Source of the DNA: Eledone cirrhosa
Taxonomy: Eukaryota
DNA length: 64,000 bases
Assembly (NCBI GenBank): GCA_964016885.1
Contig: OZ024743.1
Coordinates: forward strand, 47,740,001 to 47,804,000
Reading direction: 5' to 3'
Position numbers and translations under genes: made by a program. Within the stretch, counting starts at the first letter, position 1. The number at the start of each line of letters is the position of its first letter. This document shows positions 1 through 14,838 of the stretch, in pieces. Below the pieces are notes generated by a model, which worked only from the letters and a program-made list of their open reading frames with translations, had not been told where the DNA came from and did no database searches.

Positions 1-500
1 CTGCAGAAGCTTGTCATATATATACATATATATATATGTAGATAAATCTACCAAAATATACGGTAGTGTCCAATCCGTATGAAGAACTCAATGTAATCCA
101 AATATCATGAAAAGAGAAGATGTATTCAAAATTTTTTTGATGAAAAACACAGGAAAACAGAGTCAAGATAAATTAATAAAAATAATGAATAAAAACAAAG
201 AAACAGTTCCTAATATTAAAAAATTCATCATTTTACGATCGTTTCTAGGATATATATGTGTGTGTTGGTATGTATATCATATAGATCTATGTAAAATTTT
301 TACAAACTATCAGAGGGAATATACATACCTACACATATATATACTGTCTTCAGAAATAATGATATTTGTTCATTGAAAAAAAACCAACAAAGATTTAATA
401 TAATAGGTCTGTTTGGGAACAGGTTTTGAATTGACCAATAGAAAGGTAGTAAGTGGTCAAGATGATAGTAGTAATAGAAATTTAATTTATATATATATAT

Positions 501-573
501 AGGGTGTCCCCCAAAAATGTACACACACTTTAACAGCATTCTAATAAATACGTGTATATATTTTGGGGGGACA
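501..573. mobile_element. Tiny hairpin/MITE with Tc1/mariner-like terminal inverted repeats
   Basis: agggtgtcccccaaaaatgtacacac ... gtgtatatattttggggggaca imperfect inverted repeat next to a TA run. Confidence 0.4.
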
Positions 574-849
574 TGTCCCACATGTTGTTTAATTATATAA
601 ATATATATGGTTGACATTAAGAAGGGCATCATCCAACAATATACAGTTCTGCATGAGCAAGACACAGTCATCTGATCTGACATGTCTGACAATAGGACAA
701 CTTGTCAAACCCATGCTAGCGTGGAAAAATGGACGTTAAATGGTGATGTGTGTGTGTGTGTGTATGTGTTTATGCTTAAGTCTGTCTGTGTTTATGTCCT
801 GTAACCTAGCAGTTCAACAAATAAAATAAGGGGTTCAATAAAATATACA

Positions 850-985
850 CGTGTATATCATCACTCATACACTGTTCATTTTCCTGACATTTGTACATTA
901 TTCTATGTACTATACATGCACCTTTGATGAGTTGTAGTGCACCTGAGCACTGTACACAATAATTTCATTATTATTATTATTATTT
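850..985 (+). mobile_element. CR1/L2-type LINE 3' end fragment with (ATT)n tail
   Basis: Same 3' sequence (catgcacctttgatgagttgtagtgcacctgagcactgtacacaataatttcattattatt) as the ORF-bearing copy at 59312-59789. Confidence 0.75.
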
Positions 986-1541
986 TATAAGAACCAGACT
1001 CAAAAAATAAGTACTGAGTTTGATATGGTAGACTAAATCAAGGTAATATTTCAACATGGCTACTGTCTCCTGACAGAAACAAGTAAAGAATAAAAGTGTC
1101 GAGATATTGTGATGGAATAAACCTATCCAACCTATTTCAGCATTAACAAACAGACATAAAGCAATGATGGTGATGATAATAAATTGCAACAACTGACATT
1201 AACCCTTTTAAATACTATATTTCATTTTAGCCAAATTTCTTAGCAGAGTATCCTATTTAATGACATTTATATTAATATACAGATTTTCTCATAACTTCAA
1301 TAAAAGATATTAGTTAATATGAAACTACATTGTAACATTTTAGAAGAATTCTTTTGAATTTAATTCACTTTAAACTTATATTTGACGTATGTTATATATT
1401 TGGCTGAACATGGTCCATTAGGTAACCTATTACATAACAGTGGAAAATATGACAGTCCCAGTTTATCAACTTATAACTGACATTCAGCAAAATAGAATGT
1501 AAAAAGACACCACATATTCAAGCAAATAAATAAATTACATC

Positions 1542-1600
<59 letters not shown>

Positions 1601-1623
1601 GTATATATATATGTATATATATA

Positions 1624-3061
1624 GATCAGGTTATGAAAGTGGCAGAAAGGATTCTAGCACAACTAATTAGAGAAAGGGTCAAACTAGATGAGATGCAGTT
1701 TGGTTTTGTGCCTGGGAAGAGTACAACAGATGCCCTCTTCTTGGTGAGACAAATGCAAGAGAGGTTCTTAGAGAAGAATAAGCCACTATACTTAGCCTTT
1801 GTTGACCTAGAGAAGGCCTTTGATAGGGTACCCCGATCTGTCATCTGGTGGTCCCTAAGGAAGCTGGGTGTTGAGGAATGGCTTGTAAGGACAGTGCAAA
1901 CTTTGTACAGAGGTACTCTCAGTAAAGTCAGGGTAGGAATGGAGTTTAGTGAGGAATTCCAGATACAAGTAGGAGTACATCAGGGTTCGGTCCTCAGCCC
2001 GCTCTTGTTCATTATAGTCCTCCAAGCCATAACAGAGGAGTTTAAGACTGGCTGTCCATGGGAACTTCTCTATGCTGACGATCTGGCTCTTATGGCAGAA
2101 TCAGTAGAGGAGCTAGAGAATAAATTCCGGCTATGGAAACAGCAGTTGGAAGCAAGAGGACTGAGAGTAAATCTAACTAAGACAAAAGTGTTGATGAGTA
2201 GAAAAGAGGACAAAACCCTGATTCCGTCAGGGAAATGGCCATGTTCGATATGCAGAAAAGGAACTGGCATAAATTCTATAAAATGCACACAATGTAGGTC
2301 CTGGGTACACAAGAGATGTAGCGGGATAGCAGGCAAACTAACAGGTAGGGAGAAATATGTATGCAGTAGATGTACAGGGAAATTAGACAGTAGAAGTCGC
2401 ACTGATAGACACATTTTTCAAATGCGAGAGGGCGCTATAGAAGTGGTGGATAGCTTCCGGTACCTAGGAGATCAGATTAGCATGGGAGGAGGGTGTTCCG
2501 AGGCCATAGTATCTAGAATAAGGACGGGTTGGAAGAAGTTTAGGGAGCTGCTTCCTCTGTTGACGAAGAAGGGTTTCTCCCTGCGTACGAAAGGCCGGTT
2601 GTATGATGCCTGTGTGAGGAGCGCGATGCTGCATGGTAGTGAGACATGGGCAGCTACCGCAGAAGATATGCGACGGCTGGAGAGAAATGAGGCAAGCATG
2701 CTCCGTTGGATGTGCAGTGTAAATGTGCGTGAACGACCCAGCATAAATGTGTTGAGAGAGAAACTGTGTCTGAGAGGGATAGAATGTAGTGTACGGGAGA
2801 GGAGACTGAGGTGGTATGGACATGTGATGCGCATGGAGGATGACCGATGGGTGAAGAAGTGCCAGGAAATGCCAGTTGAAGGAAGACGTGGTAGAGGTAG
2901 ACCACGAAAAACATGGGCGGAGGTGGTGAAAACAGACCTCAGATCATTGAAGCTCACAGTGGAGATGACGAGGGACCGTGACGAGTGGAGAGATGCTGTG
3001 CTGAATAAGACCCGTCCCACCCTTGCAAGCAGGGAAAAGCGGACGTAAAATGATGATGATG

Positions 3062-3066
<5 letters not shown>
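1624..3066 (+). mobile_element. 5'-truncated RTE-clade LINE; intact RT C-terminal ORF 1633-3048; (GAT)n tail; inserted in (TA)n
   Basis: RT motifs QFGF, FVDLEKAFDRV, GVHQGSVLSPLLF, LYADD, FRYLG; RTE C-terminus [20 protein letters not shown]; TA repeats on both sides. Confidence 0.95.
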
Positions 3067-4643
<1,577 letters not shown>

Positions 4644-4827
4644 ATTATTATATAAATAAATAAATAAATAAATGCCATTGTTAATTAATAAATAAATTAA
4701 CTAATACCTTAACACTTCACACAAAGTAAAATATTTTGTTTTAAACATTTTCTAACCCAGAAAAAGAGAAAAAAATAAAAGGAAATAAATATATTTTTCT
4801 TCCTAATAATCATCTTTTTCTCCCTAT

Positions 4828-4867
<40 letters not shown>

Positions 4868-4903
4868 TATAATATAATATATATATAATATAATATATAT
4901 AAA

Positions 4904-5062
4904 TCATCATCATCATCATCCTCATTTCATTTTACGTCCACTTTTCCCTGCTTGCAAGGGTGGGACGGGATGTTATATATTTGGCTGGAACTGATTCTGG
5001 CTTGATTTCTACAGCTGGATGCCCTTCCTAACACCAACCTCATTTTGCCGTGGCACCTCCAT
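4904..5062 (-). mobile_element. RTE-derived 3' tail fragment (non-autonomous)
   Basis: Reverse complement of cccgtcccacccttgcaagcagggaaaag..ggacgtaaaatga, matching the tail at 3011-3060. Confidence 0.75.
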
Positions 5063-5064
5063 CA

Positions 5065-5208
5065 TCTCATTTCTACAGCTGAGTAAACTGGAGCAATGTG
5101 AAATAAAGTCTTGCTCAAGGAAACAACACATCACCCGGTCTGAGAATTGAATTCACAACCTTTCGATTGCAAGGCCAATGCTCTAACCACTAAGCCATGT
5201 GCCTCCAT
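5065..5208 (-). mobile_element. tRNA-derived SINE (family also at 20218-20340 + and 24895-25220 -)
   Basis: Minus strand ggcacatggcttagtggttagagc (A box) ... gaattcaattc (B-box-like), then tgtgttgtttccttgagcaaga body shared by three copies. Confidence 0.75.
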
Positions 5209-5239
5209 TAAATATATATATATAAATATATATATATAT

Positions 5240-5441
5240 TTCGTTTCTGAATTTGTTTAGCAAGATTCTTTATCTGAAATTGTGTGTTGAAACCGATATT
5301 GTTATACTTTGGGAGGGTCATGTTGCCAATAAGAAACACACGCACCAGTTGCTTTCACTTCAATTTAATTTATTAAAAATATTTATAAATTTACAAATTT
5401 ATAAATTTCTGGTTGGTTGGTTGGTTCCACAACCAGATATG

Positions 5442-5473
<32 letters not shown>

Positions 5474-5794
5474 AACACAAACACACACAGACACCCGGAT
5501 GTGGCGCATGCGCAAACTGAGCACGCAACCCACACACAAACAAAATGGCGTAGGATAGAAGAAAGGAAAGGCACAGAAACGAAGAAAGAAATCCCCAGTC
5601 ACTGAAGAGGTCACAGAGTGTGTGACGAAAGAACTATGACTATATATATATAAACAACTATCTGGTTGTGGAACCAACCAACCAACCAGAAATTTATAAA
5701 TTTGTAAATTTATAAATATTTTTAATAAATTAAATTGAAGTGAAAGCAACTGGTGCGTGTGTTTCTTATTGGCAACATGACCCTCCCAAAGTAT

Positions 5795-5802
<8 letters not shown>
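5240..5802 (+). mobile_element. Non-coding fold-back element (144-bp inverted repeat 5296-5439/5659-5802) with internal hammerhead motif; probable non-autonomous Penelope-like element
   Basis: Apparently perfect inverted arms by eye; about 55-bp extension on one arm only; TA-rich flanks; related copy at 23328-23680. Confidence 0.7.
5597..5641 (+). ncRNA. Minimal type-I hammerhead ribozyme (type D)
   Basis: Stem I agtca/tgact, CTGAAGA(G), stem II gtcaca/tgtgac, GAAA-gaac-TA; predicted cleavage after 5636. Confidence 0.7.
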
Positions 5803-5825
<23 letters not shown>

Positions 5826-6062
5826 AATATATATATAAATATATATATAAATATATATATAAATATATATATAAATATATATATATAAATATATAAATAT
5901 ATATATAAATATATATATAAATATATATATAAATATATATATATAAATATATATATAAATATATATATATAAATATATATATATAAATATATATATAAAT
6001 ATATATATATAAATATATATATAAATATATATATATAAATATATATATAAATATATATATAA
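5803..6062. repeat. Compound (TA)n/ATAAAT minisatellite with 10-12 bp units
   Basis: Direct reading. Confidence 0.9.
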
Positions 6063-6699
6063 ACAAAAAAAAACAAAATCCTTCCCATTCTTAATTCTAT
6101 CGTATCGTCCAATTCCTTAATTCTATCGTATTCTCAAACAAAAAACAAAATCCTTCCCATTCTACTTCTTATAAATTACTTTAAATATATATATATTATG
6201 CTACTTGAAAGTCAAAAAATCCGCTCTACCCCTTCACCCTCCACGAGGGGCTGCGGTCAGCCACAATCTCTCTCCCCCTTCCCCCCTCTCTTTCTTCCTC
6301 TCTCTCTCTCTCTTAGCTACACACACATATATATATATATAAGATAAGTTCTCCTTCATGTTTATTCACTTTCGCCAATCCACCGCTGCTTCAATTATTC
6401 CTACTACGGTGTACTCATGTAAATCGTAAAGTACAAATTTTTCCTCCATCTATTCCACGCTCAATTTTCGTACATAGTCCAAACATCCAATCTCGCAAAA
6501 TCCGAAATCTGTATTTTTTGTTATCTATTTAAGGTTTAAATACGGTGTTTTTGTCGTATTGAACAGAACAAATCTTGCAGTTTTGCTCTTTGTTAAATCG
6601 CTTGTTAAACATTCATAACCTTCCAGCTAGCTACCCCACACCCCTCCCACCCTCCCCCACACCCCTCCCACCCGCCCCCACACACCACCATACTTAATA

Positions 6700-9148
6700 C
6701 GTGGACCAATCATAAGCCAGAGCCCCCCCCCCACGCATCACCATTATTATTATAAGCCAGAGCCCCCCCACCCCCACGCATCACCATTATTATTATTACG
6801 CGGATCAATCATAAGCCAGAGGCCTATACTATCGCTTGCCCGGTTGCCTTCGATATATGATGGATGGATGGATGGATGGACGGACTGCGGAATCCTGGAG
6901 AGTGGAAGGGAGAGAAAAATCTGGACGCTCAGAGCGAAAATGCCAAAGTTAAAGTCAAATTCACCTCGTGGACGAGAATGCGAGCATTCCTCTTTGTTTC
7001 GTCCGCGGATGGCTAACGTAACCCTATCTCCCCCCGCCCCCCACCACCCTCCAAACGCAACCCAAAACTTCAGAGTTGGTACCATAAATGTAGGCACCCT
7101 AAAGGGTCGCGCTAACGAGGTTGTAGAAATGCTTGAACGTAAGGAGGTCGATGTTTGTTGTATTCAAGAGACCAGGTGGAGGGGTGGGTCTGCTAGATAC
7201 ATTGAGGGTAAAAAACGATGTTATAAGCTTTTCTGGGTGGGAAACGACGATGGGCTGGGTGGAGTAGGAATCATGGTAGCAGAAAAGTGGGTAGATAAGA
7301 TAATAGACGTAAATAGAGTGAACGACAGAATAATTAAAATAAGACTTGTCCTCAATAAAACTACGGTGACAGTAATATCTGCGTACGCACCCCAATCCGG
7401 ACTGCCCGGCACTATAAGACAGATTCTATGAGACACTGTTGCTAACTACCTCCCAAATACCTGACAGTGACTATATAATTATTGCAGGCGACCTAAATGG
7501 TCACGTTGGACAACATTGTGACGGCTACGACGAAATCCATGGAGGCTATGGGTTTGGTACTAGAAATGAGGAAGGCTCCAGAATCCTGGAATTCTGTGAT
7601 GCAAATAACCTAACTATCTGTAACACTAACTTCAAAAAACGTGACAATCACCTGATCACCTATAGATCAGGGGAACACACAAGCCAGGTAGATTATATCC
7701 TTACCAGAAGACGTGACAGAGTGTCTGTTGTAAACACTAAATCCCTCCCCCATGAAGAATGCACCTCCCAACATAGACTGATAATTAGCGACCTCATAGT
7801 CAGGACGAGACGTACTCGACAGCAGAAGAGGACTATCCTCAGGAGGAAAATATGGAAACTAAAGGACCCCACAGCCAGAAATAAATTTCAAAGCATATTA
7901 CTTGATGCTTTCGACAGTAAGGAAGAGCATCTAGAATCGGACAATATAGAGGGACAGTGGGAATTTCTGAAAGCAAACCTGCTGTTGGCGACAGACGAAG
8001 TCTGTGGCTGGAGCAGGCCTGTAGGCAGGAGGAGAGTAACTTGGTGGTGGAACAGTAGGGTGGAGGGGTCAATTAAGGCCAAAAAGCAGGCTTGGAAAGT
8101 ATGGCGGGATGGGGGAAGTAGAGTAGACTATCAAGTGGCCAGGAGGGAAGCTAGGAGAGAAGTGTACTTAGCAAGAAGGGAAGCTGAGGAAAGAAAGTTC
8201 AAGCATGTTCTACAACGCGATGACCAAAAACGTGAGGTGTTCAGGATTGCCAGGCAATGCGTCAAGGAAAACCGTGATATTGTCGGGGAGAAGTGTGTAC
8301 TTAACGATGATGGCATACTTGCCATCACCGACACTGATAAGAAGGTAGCTTGGAAGTGTCACTATGAAAGGCTACTAAATGAGGAGAATAAATGGGAGAA
8401 AGACAGTCTCCCCCATATCGACCCGATAGAGGGACCAGCAGTGTTAGTCGAGGGGAGTATAATAAGTAAGGCAATCAAGGATATGAAGACGGGTAAGGCG
8501 GCTGGGCCTTCGGAAATAGTTGCTGAGATGCTGAAGGCATCTGGCACGGTGGGACACACCATGGTCACCCGCATAGTTAACCAAGTCGTACAGAATGGAG
8601 TTGTTCCGAAGGACTGGCATAGCAGCATCATCGTTAACTGTTATAAGGGTAAAGGAGACGCCCTAGATAGGAGTAACTATAGAGGCATTAAATTAATCGA
8701 CCAGGTCATGAAGGTCACGGAAAAAGTAATAGCACAACTAATCAGAGAGAGAATTGACCTAGATGAAATGCAGTTCGGGTTTGTGTCAGGCAAAAGCACC
8801 ACAGACGCCCTTTTTCATAGTACGACAACTACAGGAGAAGTACCTAGCTAAAGGTAAACCCCTCTACTTAGCTTTTGTCGACCTGGAGAAAGCCTTCGAC
8901 AGAGTCCCCCGCTCCATTATCTGGTGGGCTCTTAGAAAACTAGGCGTTGACGAATGGCTTGTGAGGGCTATACAAGCCATGTATAAAGAAACAGTCAGCA
9001 AGGTTAGAATTAACAACGAATATAGTGAAGAGTTTAGCGTAAAAGTTGGCGTCCATCAGGGCTCTGTTCTCAGCCCCCTACTATTTATTATTGCCCTTCA
9101 GGCTATAACAGAGGAGTTCAAGACAGGCTGCCCATGGGAACTCCTATA
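6700..9148 (+). mobile_element. RTE LINE retaining its 5' region and APE endonuclease, 3'-truncated at the RT YADD motif; two frameshifts (near 7415 and 8815)
   Basis: APE motifs GTINVGTL, CIQETRW, SAYAPQ, GDLNGHVG, SQVDYIL; RT motifs continue across ORFs 6844-7431, 7439-8851 and 8763-9176. Confidence 0.95.
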
Positions 9149-9419
9149 CGGTTTGGACGGGGGTAGTCCCACTTGAGGCAAGAGTGATTGTCTTGCTCGC
9201 ATAGGACTGTCTGGCAGGTTTTCTACAGTTGGATGCCCTTCCTAACACCAACCACATTTACAGTGTGGGTCTGGGAGGTTTTTACCGTGTTGCCTACACG
9301 GCCACATTACAGCGTGGACTGTGTGTTTTTTTGTCGTGACACCTACACGATCTCATTTGTTTCGGCCTGGATGGCGCGGCACCAACATAACTTTACATAG
9401 AACGGGGTGGTGTGGATGG

Positions 9420-9421
<2 letters not shown>
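9149..9421 (-). mobile_element. Inverted 3' UTR of the same RTE family
   Basis: Reverse complement matches 22530-22900 and 54075-54340. Confidence 0.85.
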
Positions 9422-9487
<66 letters not shown>

Positions 9488-9736
9488 TAGTTGTGAAGCT
9501 ATACCAGTGACTCGAGGGCCAGGAGTGCTTAATGTACTTTTCAAACTTTCCAACTATAATAAATTATACATCATTCTAAGCATGTATTGAGTTTTGTTTG
9601 TCCTGTCAGCACAGCCAAACATACACACACACACATATATATATATAAAAATCTAAAAGTTATTTGTCTCTAATATTCGACATCTCAATGAAAAGATAAA
9701 ATATCAACTCAGAGAAACAATTAAATATATTAAATT

Positions 9737-9951
9737 TAATCCTTTAGCATTCACATTACTCTATATATACTATTGTATTTTCACAGTAAAGGCTTTATCT
9801 CACATAATATTGAATCTACGAGACTTTGATGTCATTTATTTTGAGAACAATACCTTAACATAAGTATGAGGGGCTGGTTATGGCCAGTTTGAACACAAAG
9901 AAATGAGAGAATGCTGGCCGGATATGGCCAGTTTAAATGTGAAAGGGTTTA
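9737..9951. mobile_element. TTAA-flanked MITE, piggyBac-like ends (ttaaccctttagc...aaagggtt); copies at 15978-16202, 46388-46607 and 59266-59965
   Basis: Four copies of about 220 bp with short TIRs; clearest at 46388-46607 (ttaaccctttag ... ttaaagggttaa). Confidence 0.7.
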
Positions 9952-10594
9952 GCCAAATTCTCAATTGGGGGAACACAAGCTACACAAACTAAAATATGTC
10001 AGTTTTACTCATATACAATCCACAACTGCAGTCTCTGGAATTAAGAAACAATATTAATTATCGCAATAAATTAAAGCAACCATTATTGGAAGAATTTTTC
10101 CATCTTCAGGGGGAAATTACCCCAGTACTAAAATTAAGAGCAAGTCAATGAGAAAACATATTTGTAGTAGCATGCTGCTAGAAACAGCAGTCAAATAATC
10201 CTCAAATCACACTCTACCACATAAAAAATGGAGACTACATGATGTAGTCCTAGATATATTATATCTATAAAAAAAAGAAAGAAAATAAACAAAACATAGA
10301 TGGAATGTTCACAGCTGGAACACTTTCGATCACAAGCTTGCAGGATTAGGACTGACCTGCGGCTAAACAACAACAGTAACTAATCTAATAATAGATCTAA
10401 TGAGAAATAAATAATTAGATAGATAATGTTAAATGATAAACCAGATTATCTTCCCAGAGTTTACTTGCATAAATGTGCTACTGCCAAAATGATTAATTAC
10501 AGGTGAATACCTGACACAGACAAACGTAACTGGATTAGTATGGTAACCTCCAAAAACTTAAGATGTTACACAACATGCTTACTATATATATATA

Positions 10595-11587
10595 TAAGAA
10601 TGTAGGCTTCACATGTAGCAGCTGTGCTGGGACAGCAAGCAGCAAACAGCCACAAGAAACAAGTACCACCAATATCTGGGAGGGCTCTGAAGAAACAGTA
10701 GACAGCTTCTGCTACCTAGGTGACCGAATTAGCAGCAGAGGTGGGTGTTCAGAAAGTACAATAACTAGGGTAAGAACGGGATGGAAGAAGTTCAGGGAAC
10801 TACTGCCACTGCTAGCTGCAAAAGGCTTCTCCCTCAAAATGAAAGGCAGACTGTATGATGTGTGTATCTGAACAGCAATGTTACATGGTAGTGAGACCTG
10901 GGCGCTGAAGGTGGAAGACTTACGTAGATTAGAAAGAAACAAAGCCTGCATGCTCCGATGGATGTGTAATAGTAATATACGCGAACGACAAAGCATAAAT
11001 GAATTGAGAGAGAGACTGAGCATAAGAGGAATCAAATGCTGTGTGCAGGAGAGGCGGTTGTGTTGGTATGGACATGTGATGCGTATGAAGGATGACGGCT
11101 GCATAAAAAGGTGCAGAGCACTAGAAGTCAATGGAAACCGCGGAGTGGGGAGACCCAAGAAGACCTGGGATGAGGTGATAAAAGCCGACCTTACCCAATT
11201 ACACCTCTCAAAGGTGATGACACACGACCGTGACCTCTGGCGTCACGCAGTAATACAGAGTACCCGACCTCCCATGGGTACAAGCTGAAGCATATAGACA
11301 ATATGCCCCCACACCCTCCACTGCAAGATGGTCATGGAGGTGCCACGGCAAAAAATCACCCAGCCCACACTGTAAAGTGAACGTGTAGGCGCCACGGAAA
11401 AAAGCACCCAGCACTCACTGTAAATGAGGTTGGTGTTAGGAAGGGCATCCAGCTGTAGAAATCAAGCCAAAATCAGTTCCGGTATGAGCAAGGAATGGTC
11501 AGCCGACCAGACACTGCCCACAACAAGACACCCCGTCTAACCCATGCTAGCATGGAAGAACGGACGTAAAACGGTGATGATGATGAT
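10595..11587 (+). mobile_element. 5'-truncated RTE LINE, same family as 50332-53555; premature stop at 10869
   Basis: Peptide nearly identical to the C-terminus of the 956-aa ORF; 3' UTR and (GAT)n tail present; starts after a TA run. Confidence 0.92.
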
Positions 11588-11974
11588 ATATATATATTGT
11601 TCTGGAAGTTTCTTAATATGATGTTGTGTTAAAACAGATGTTATACTTTGAGAAGGTGAAACTGCCAATGAAAATACACTCTGTCCGATCATGTGAGCAT
11701 AGAAAAATGGATGTTAAATTATGATGATGATGATGATGATGATGATAATGATAATGATAATGATAATGATTCCCTCCATCCATTCTTTCATACACAGTGG
11801 GTTGAAGCCTCAGTAACTATGCTAGTTTTTTAGGCCTACTTGTCCATGCTGGTCAAGTTCAGGTTGGACAAGGAATAGAATTTCATTTCAGAATACAAAG
11901 CATCAGAACAAATACTGTAAACTATTTCACCAATGGCCTGGTATTTTATTTATAAAGCCTGAAAGTATGACCTT

Positions 11975-12385
11975 GGTAGATTGTATGATGTCTACATGAG
12001 AAATAGAATGTTGCATGGCAGTGTCATATAAACAGTAATGAAGAGGAATGTGTAATGTTAGTGTGCATGTATGATGGGTTGTGGATGAACTAAGAGAAAA
12101 ACGGTATAAGAAGAATCAAATGTTATGTGCAAGAGAAAAGACTGTGCTGGTATCAACATGTGATGCATATGGATAATGAATGCTGGATGAAGAAGTGCAA
12201 GGAGATGCCAGTGGAAGGAAGCTGTAGAAGAGAAAGACGAAGAAAAATGTGGGCAGAGGTGGTTAGAGCTGATCTCAAAATGCTGAACCACACAGGAGAT
12301 GATGAAGGAATGCTACAAGTGGAGGAAGGCTGTGCTGGTAAAAACCCATCAAACCCATGCAAATATGAAATAATGGACATGTACA
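11975..12385 (+). mobile_element. Degenerate RTE 3' fragment
   Basis: RLCWYQHVMHMDNECWMKKCKEMPVEG..WAEVVRADLK. Confidence 0.75.
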
Positions 12386-12508
12386 CATGTGTGTCCCTGT
12401 GTATCAATGTATGTATGTAGATATATGTATATATGTATGTATATATGTATGTATTAAACTGTTTGTAAAGCCTTCTTTGTTAACTACTTTCAATTTATAT
12501 TTTCAGGA

Positions 12509-13018
12509 ATGATGTTGTCCACACAGTCAGGAGTAGTGGTCATCTTATGTATCGCTGTCATATTTACCAATGTCTTCAAAACAAGTGAAGCTACTGAAAC
12601 TCATTCACAAGACATAATAATAAAACCATATCCTAAACCTCACCCTGAAGGGAAATCCTTAAAGTTTGAATGCACCTTTCTGCATGAAAGAAATGTAACT
12701 TGGCTATTACCAAACGGCACCAGGGTGAGAGAATACAACAGCACCAGGGTTGAGCAAATCTCAAATACATTATTCATAAGAAATGCTACTGTACAAGATT
12801 CTGGTTCCTACACATGTCTGCAAGAAAGGACTATGAAGAATATCACAGTTGATGTGATCGTCTACATCAACTATGACTATTATAAAGAAGGTTTAATCAT
12901 AGTTGGTGTTAACTGCTTTTTAATTCTTGTGATTTTTATGTGTTACATAGTGAAATTCATCAAATCTTATAGAAACAAATACGAGCAAGCAGCCACAGAA
13001 CTAAATGAAAAGATTTAA
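12509..13018 (+). CDS. Small type-I membrane protein with signal peptide, one Ig-like (I/C2-set) domain and a TM helix; CDS in one exon
   Basis: Hydrophobic N-terminus; Ig signature C..VTW..LFIRNATVQDSGSYTC; several N-glycosylation sequons; hydrophobic GLIIVGVNCFLILVIFMCYIV; splice acceptor tttcag immediately before the ATG. Confidence 0.85.
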   Translation: MMLSTQSGVVVILCIAVIFTNVFKTSEATETHSQDIIIKPYPKPHPEGKSLKFECTFLHERNVTWLLPNGTRVREYNSTRVEQISNTLFIRNATVQDSGSYTCLQERTMKNITVDVIVYINYDYYKEGLIIVGVNCFLILVIFMCYIVKFIKSYRNKYEQAATELNEKI

Positions 13019-14838
13019 ATGACCTCATGTAAAGGAATGACATGCAGAAAAAACACTAATTACTAAATTGTTAGGATTAGGACTTTTACATACCACACAC
13101 ATGGATATATATATATAATATATATATATATATATTTAATTAATTAAAAGTTCCAAAAGATATGTTCTCAAAAGAGAATATGTTGACAATAAGATTACTA
13201 ATGTAAATACAGAATTTATTTTCATTTTTATATAAAGTTAACATTTTTTTTTTTTATTCATCTATTTTTGGTTCCTTGTTTTAAAATAGTTTAATCTTTT
13301 TGATACCAAATTGCCTGATATCAACCATGGTTCTACAATACAAAGCTGTTTAGGTTGTTTCTAACTAAATAATGAGGAAGTTAGTTACATTACTAACTCC
13401 CTTCAAATTCTTGTTATCAAAATGATTTGAAATTATAGGTATCATCATCATTTTATGTCAATCTTCTACACTAGCATGGGTAGGACAGGTTGTTATGATC
13501 CAAAACCAGAAGGGATTGAAGCAAAATCATCTTGCTCACACATTACATAGTTGGCATGCTTTTTATGGTTAGGTGCCCTTCCTAATGCTAATCACCTTAC
13601 ACTGAATTGGGTGCATTTTTTTATGGCAACATCACTATAAATTTTAGAGTGTACTGGGCGCGGTTTTTCAAGGCACCAACACTATTGTTTAGCAGCATTT
13701 ATTGGGTGCATTTTATTATAACATGTTCGATCACCAACACTGTCACTTCCAGTCTCACCACGTTAACTTTTTACTTTTAGTGTCACAGAGCTTACACTGG
13801 TGGACAGGTGTTTCCTGTTATGTCATATCACCAGTTAACTTGATCCTGTGTCCTCTCTTTAATGAAATTTAGTTTCTCAAAGTCATTCTTTATAACTTCA
13901 TCCCATGACTCCCTTGGTCTCCCTCTACAGGTCACCATCCACTTCAAGCACTCAGTCTTTATATACAACTCTTGCTCTTCTTGCACACCGCATGCTCATA
14001 CCAGCGCAATCTTGCACGCTACATTCAATTCCTTTTAACTCTCCTCACAGCTCACTTTTGCTCTGCTGTTCACATACACTATCATTACACATCCAGCAAA
14101 GTATGCTTACTACATTTATTTTTAGCACCCAAAGAGCTTCTGCCCTCAGTTTGTGAATTTTATTAGAAATATGGTGATTTAGAGGATGAAGAAAGTTATA
14201 AACTATATTTATCAAATATCAAATATTTGATAAATCATATCAAATTACTAAATATGTAAGATGAGTTGCTGTTAATAAGTTTATAATTTTTTAAGAATTA
14301 CCAACCTCATGTTTAGATATGAAAGATCTAAGCTGACAGATGTAGCTAACAAGTTCACTTTGTAGTCACTTGATTTTGGATTCTATTCTACTACATGGCA
14401 CATCAGGCAAGTGTCTTCCACTATAGCTTTGGCCTGACCAATGCTTTGTGAGTGAAATTTGATACATGGAAAACTTCAAATTGTATTATGTGTGTGCGCA
14501 TTTGTCTCTTCTCTTCCGTTTACATTGATATTCAACTATATTATGATCTGTCTCACCTCCTGTCCTCATCAGACATCTTATTATTCTTGGATATGTACAC
14601 AGTACCAGACTGGAAGCCAGCTATGATATGTATTAGTCTTGTGGACCATTTGTTTAGAAATCAAAGTTGTCAGTTTGAATCCAATATGGTAATATAAACA
14701 CATCCAGAAAGAAAACACTTGATGATGATCAGAGACCAAAGCAATCAAGACAGTGTAGATGTAAATACTAAAAAATCTTTCATCTCCAAAGACAAGGCTC
14801 ATAGTCTGAGAAATTATATTCATATAAATTCTTTTCCT

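Noticed and set aside
920-965. Hammerhead in CR1 tails (ttgatgagttgtagtgc...)
   Set aside because: TTGATGA rather than CTGATGA and no GAAA; this is the ordinary LINE 3' stem-loop
6220-6270. HDV-like ribozyme upstream of the RTE (ccc-tccacga-ggg resembles P3/L3)
   Set aside because: Could not build convincing P1, P1.1, P2 or J4/2 pairings
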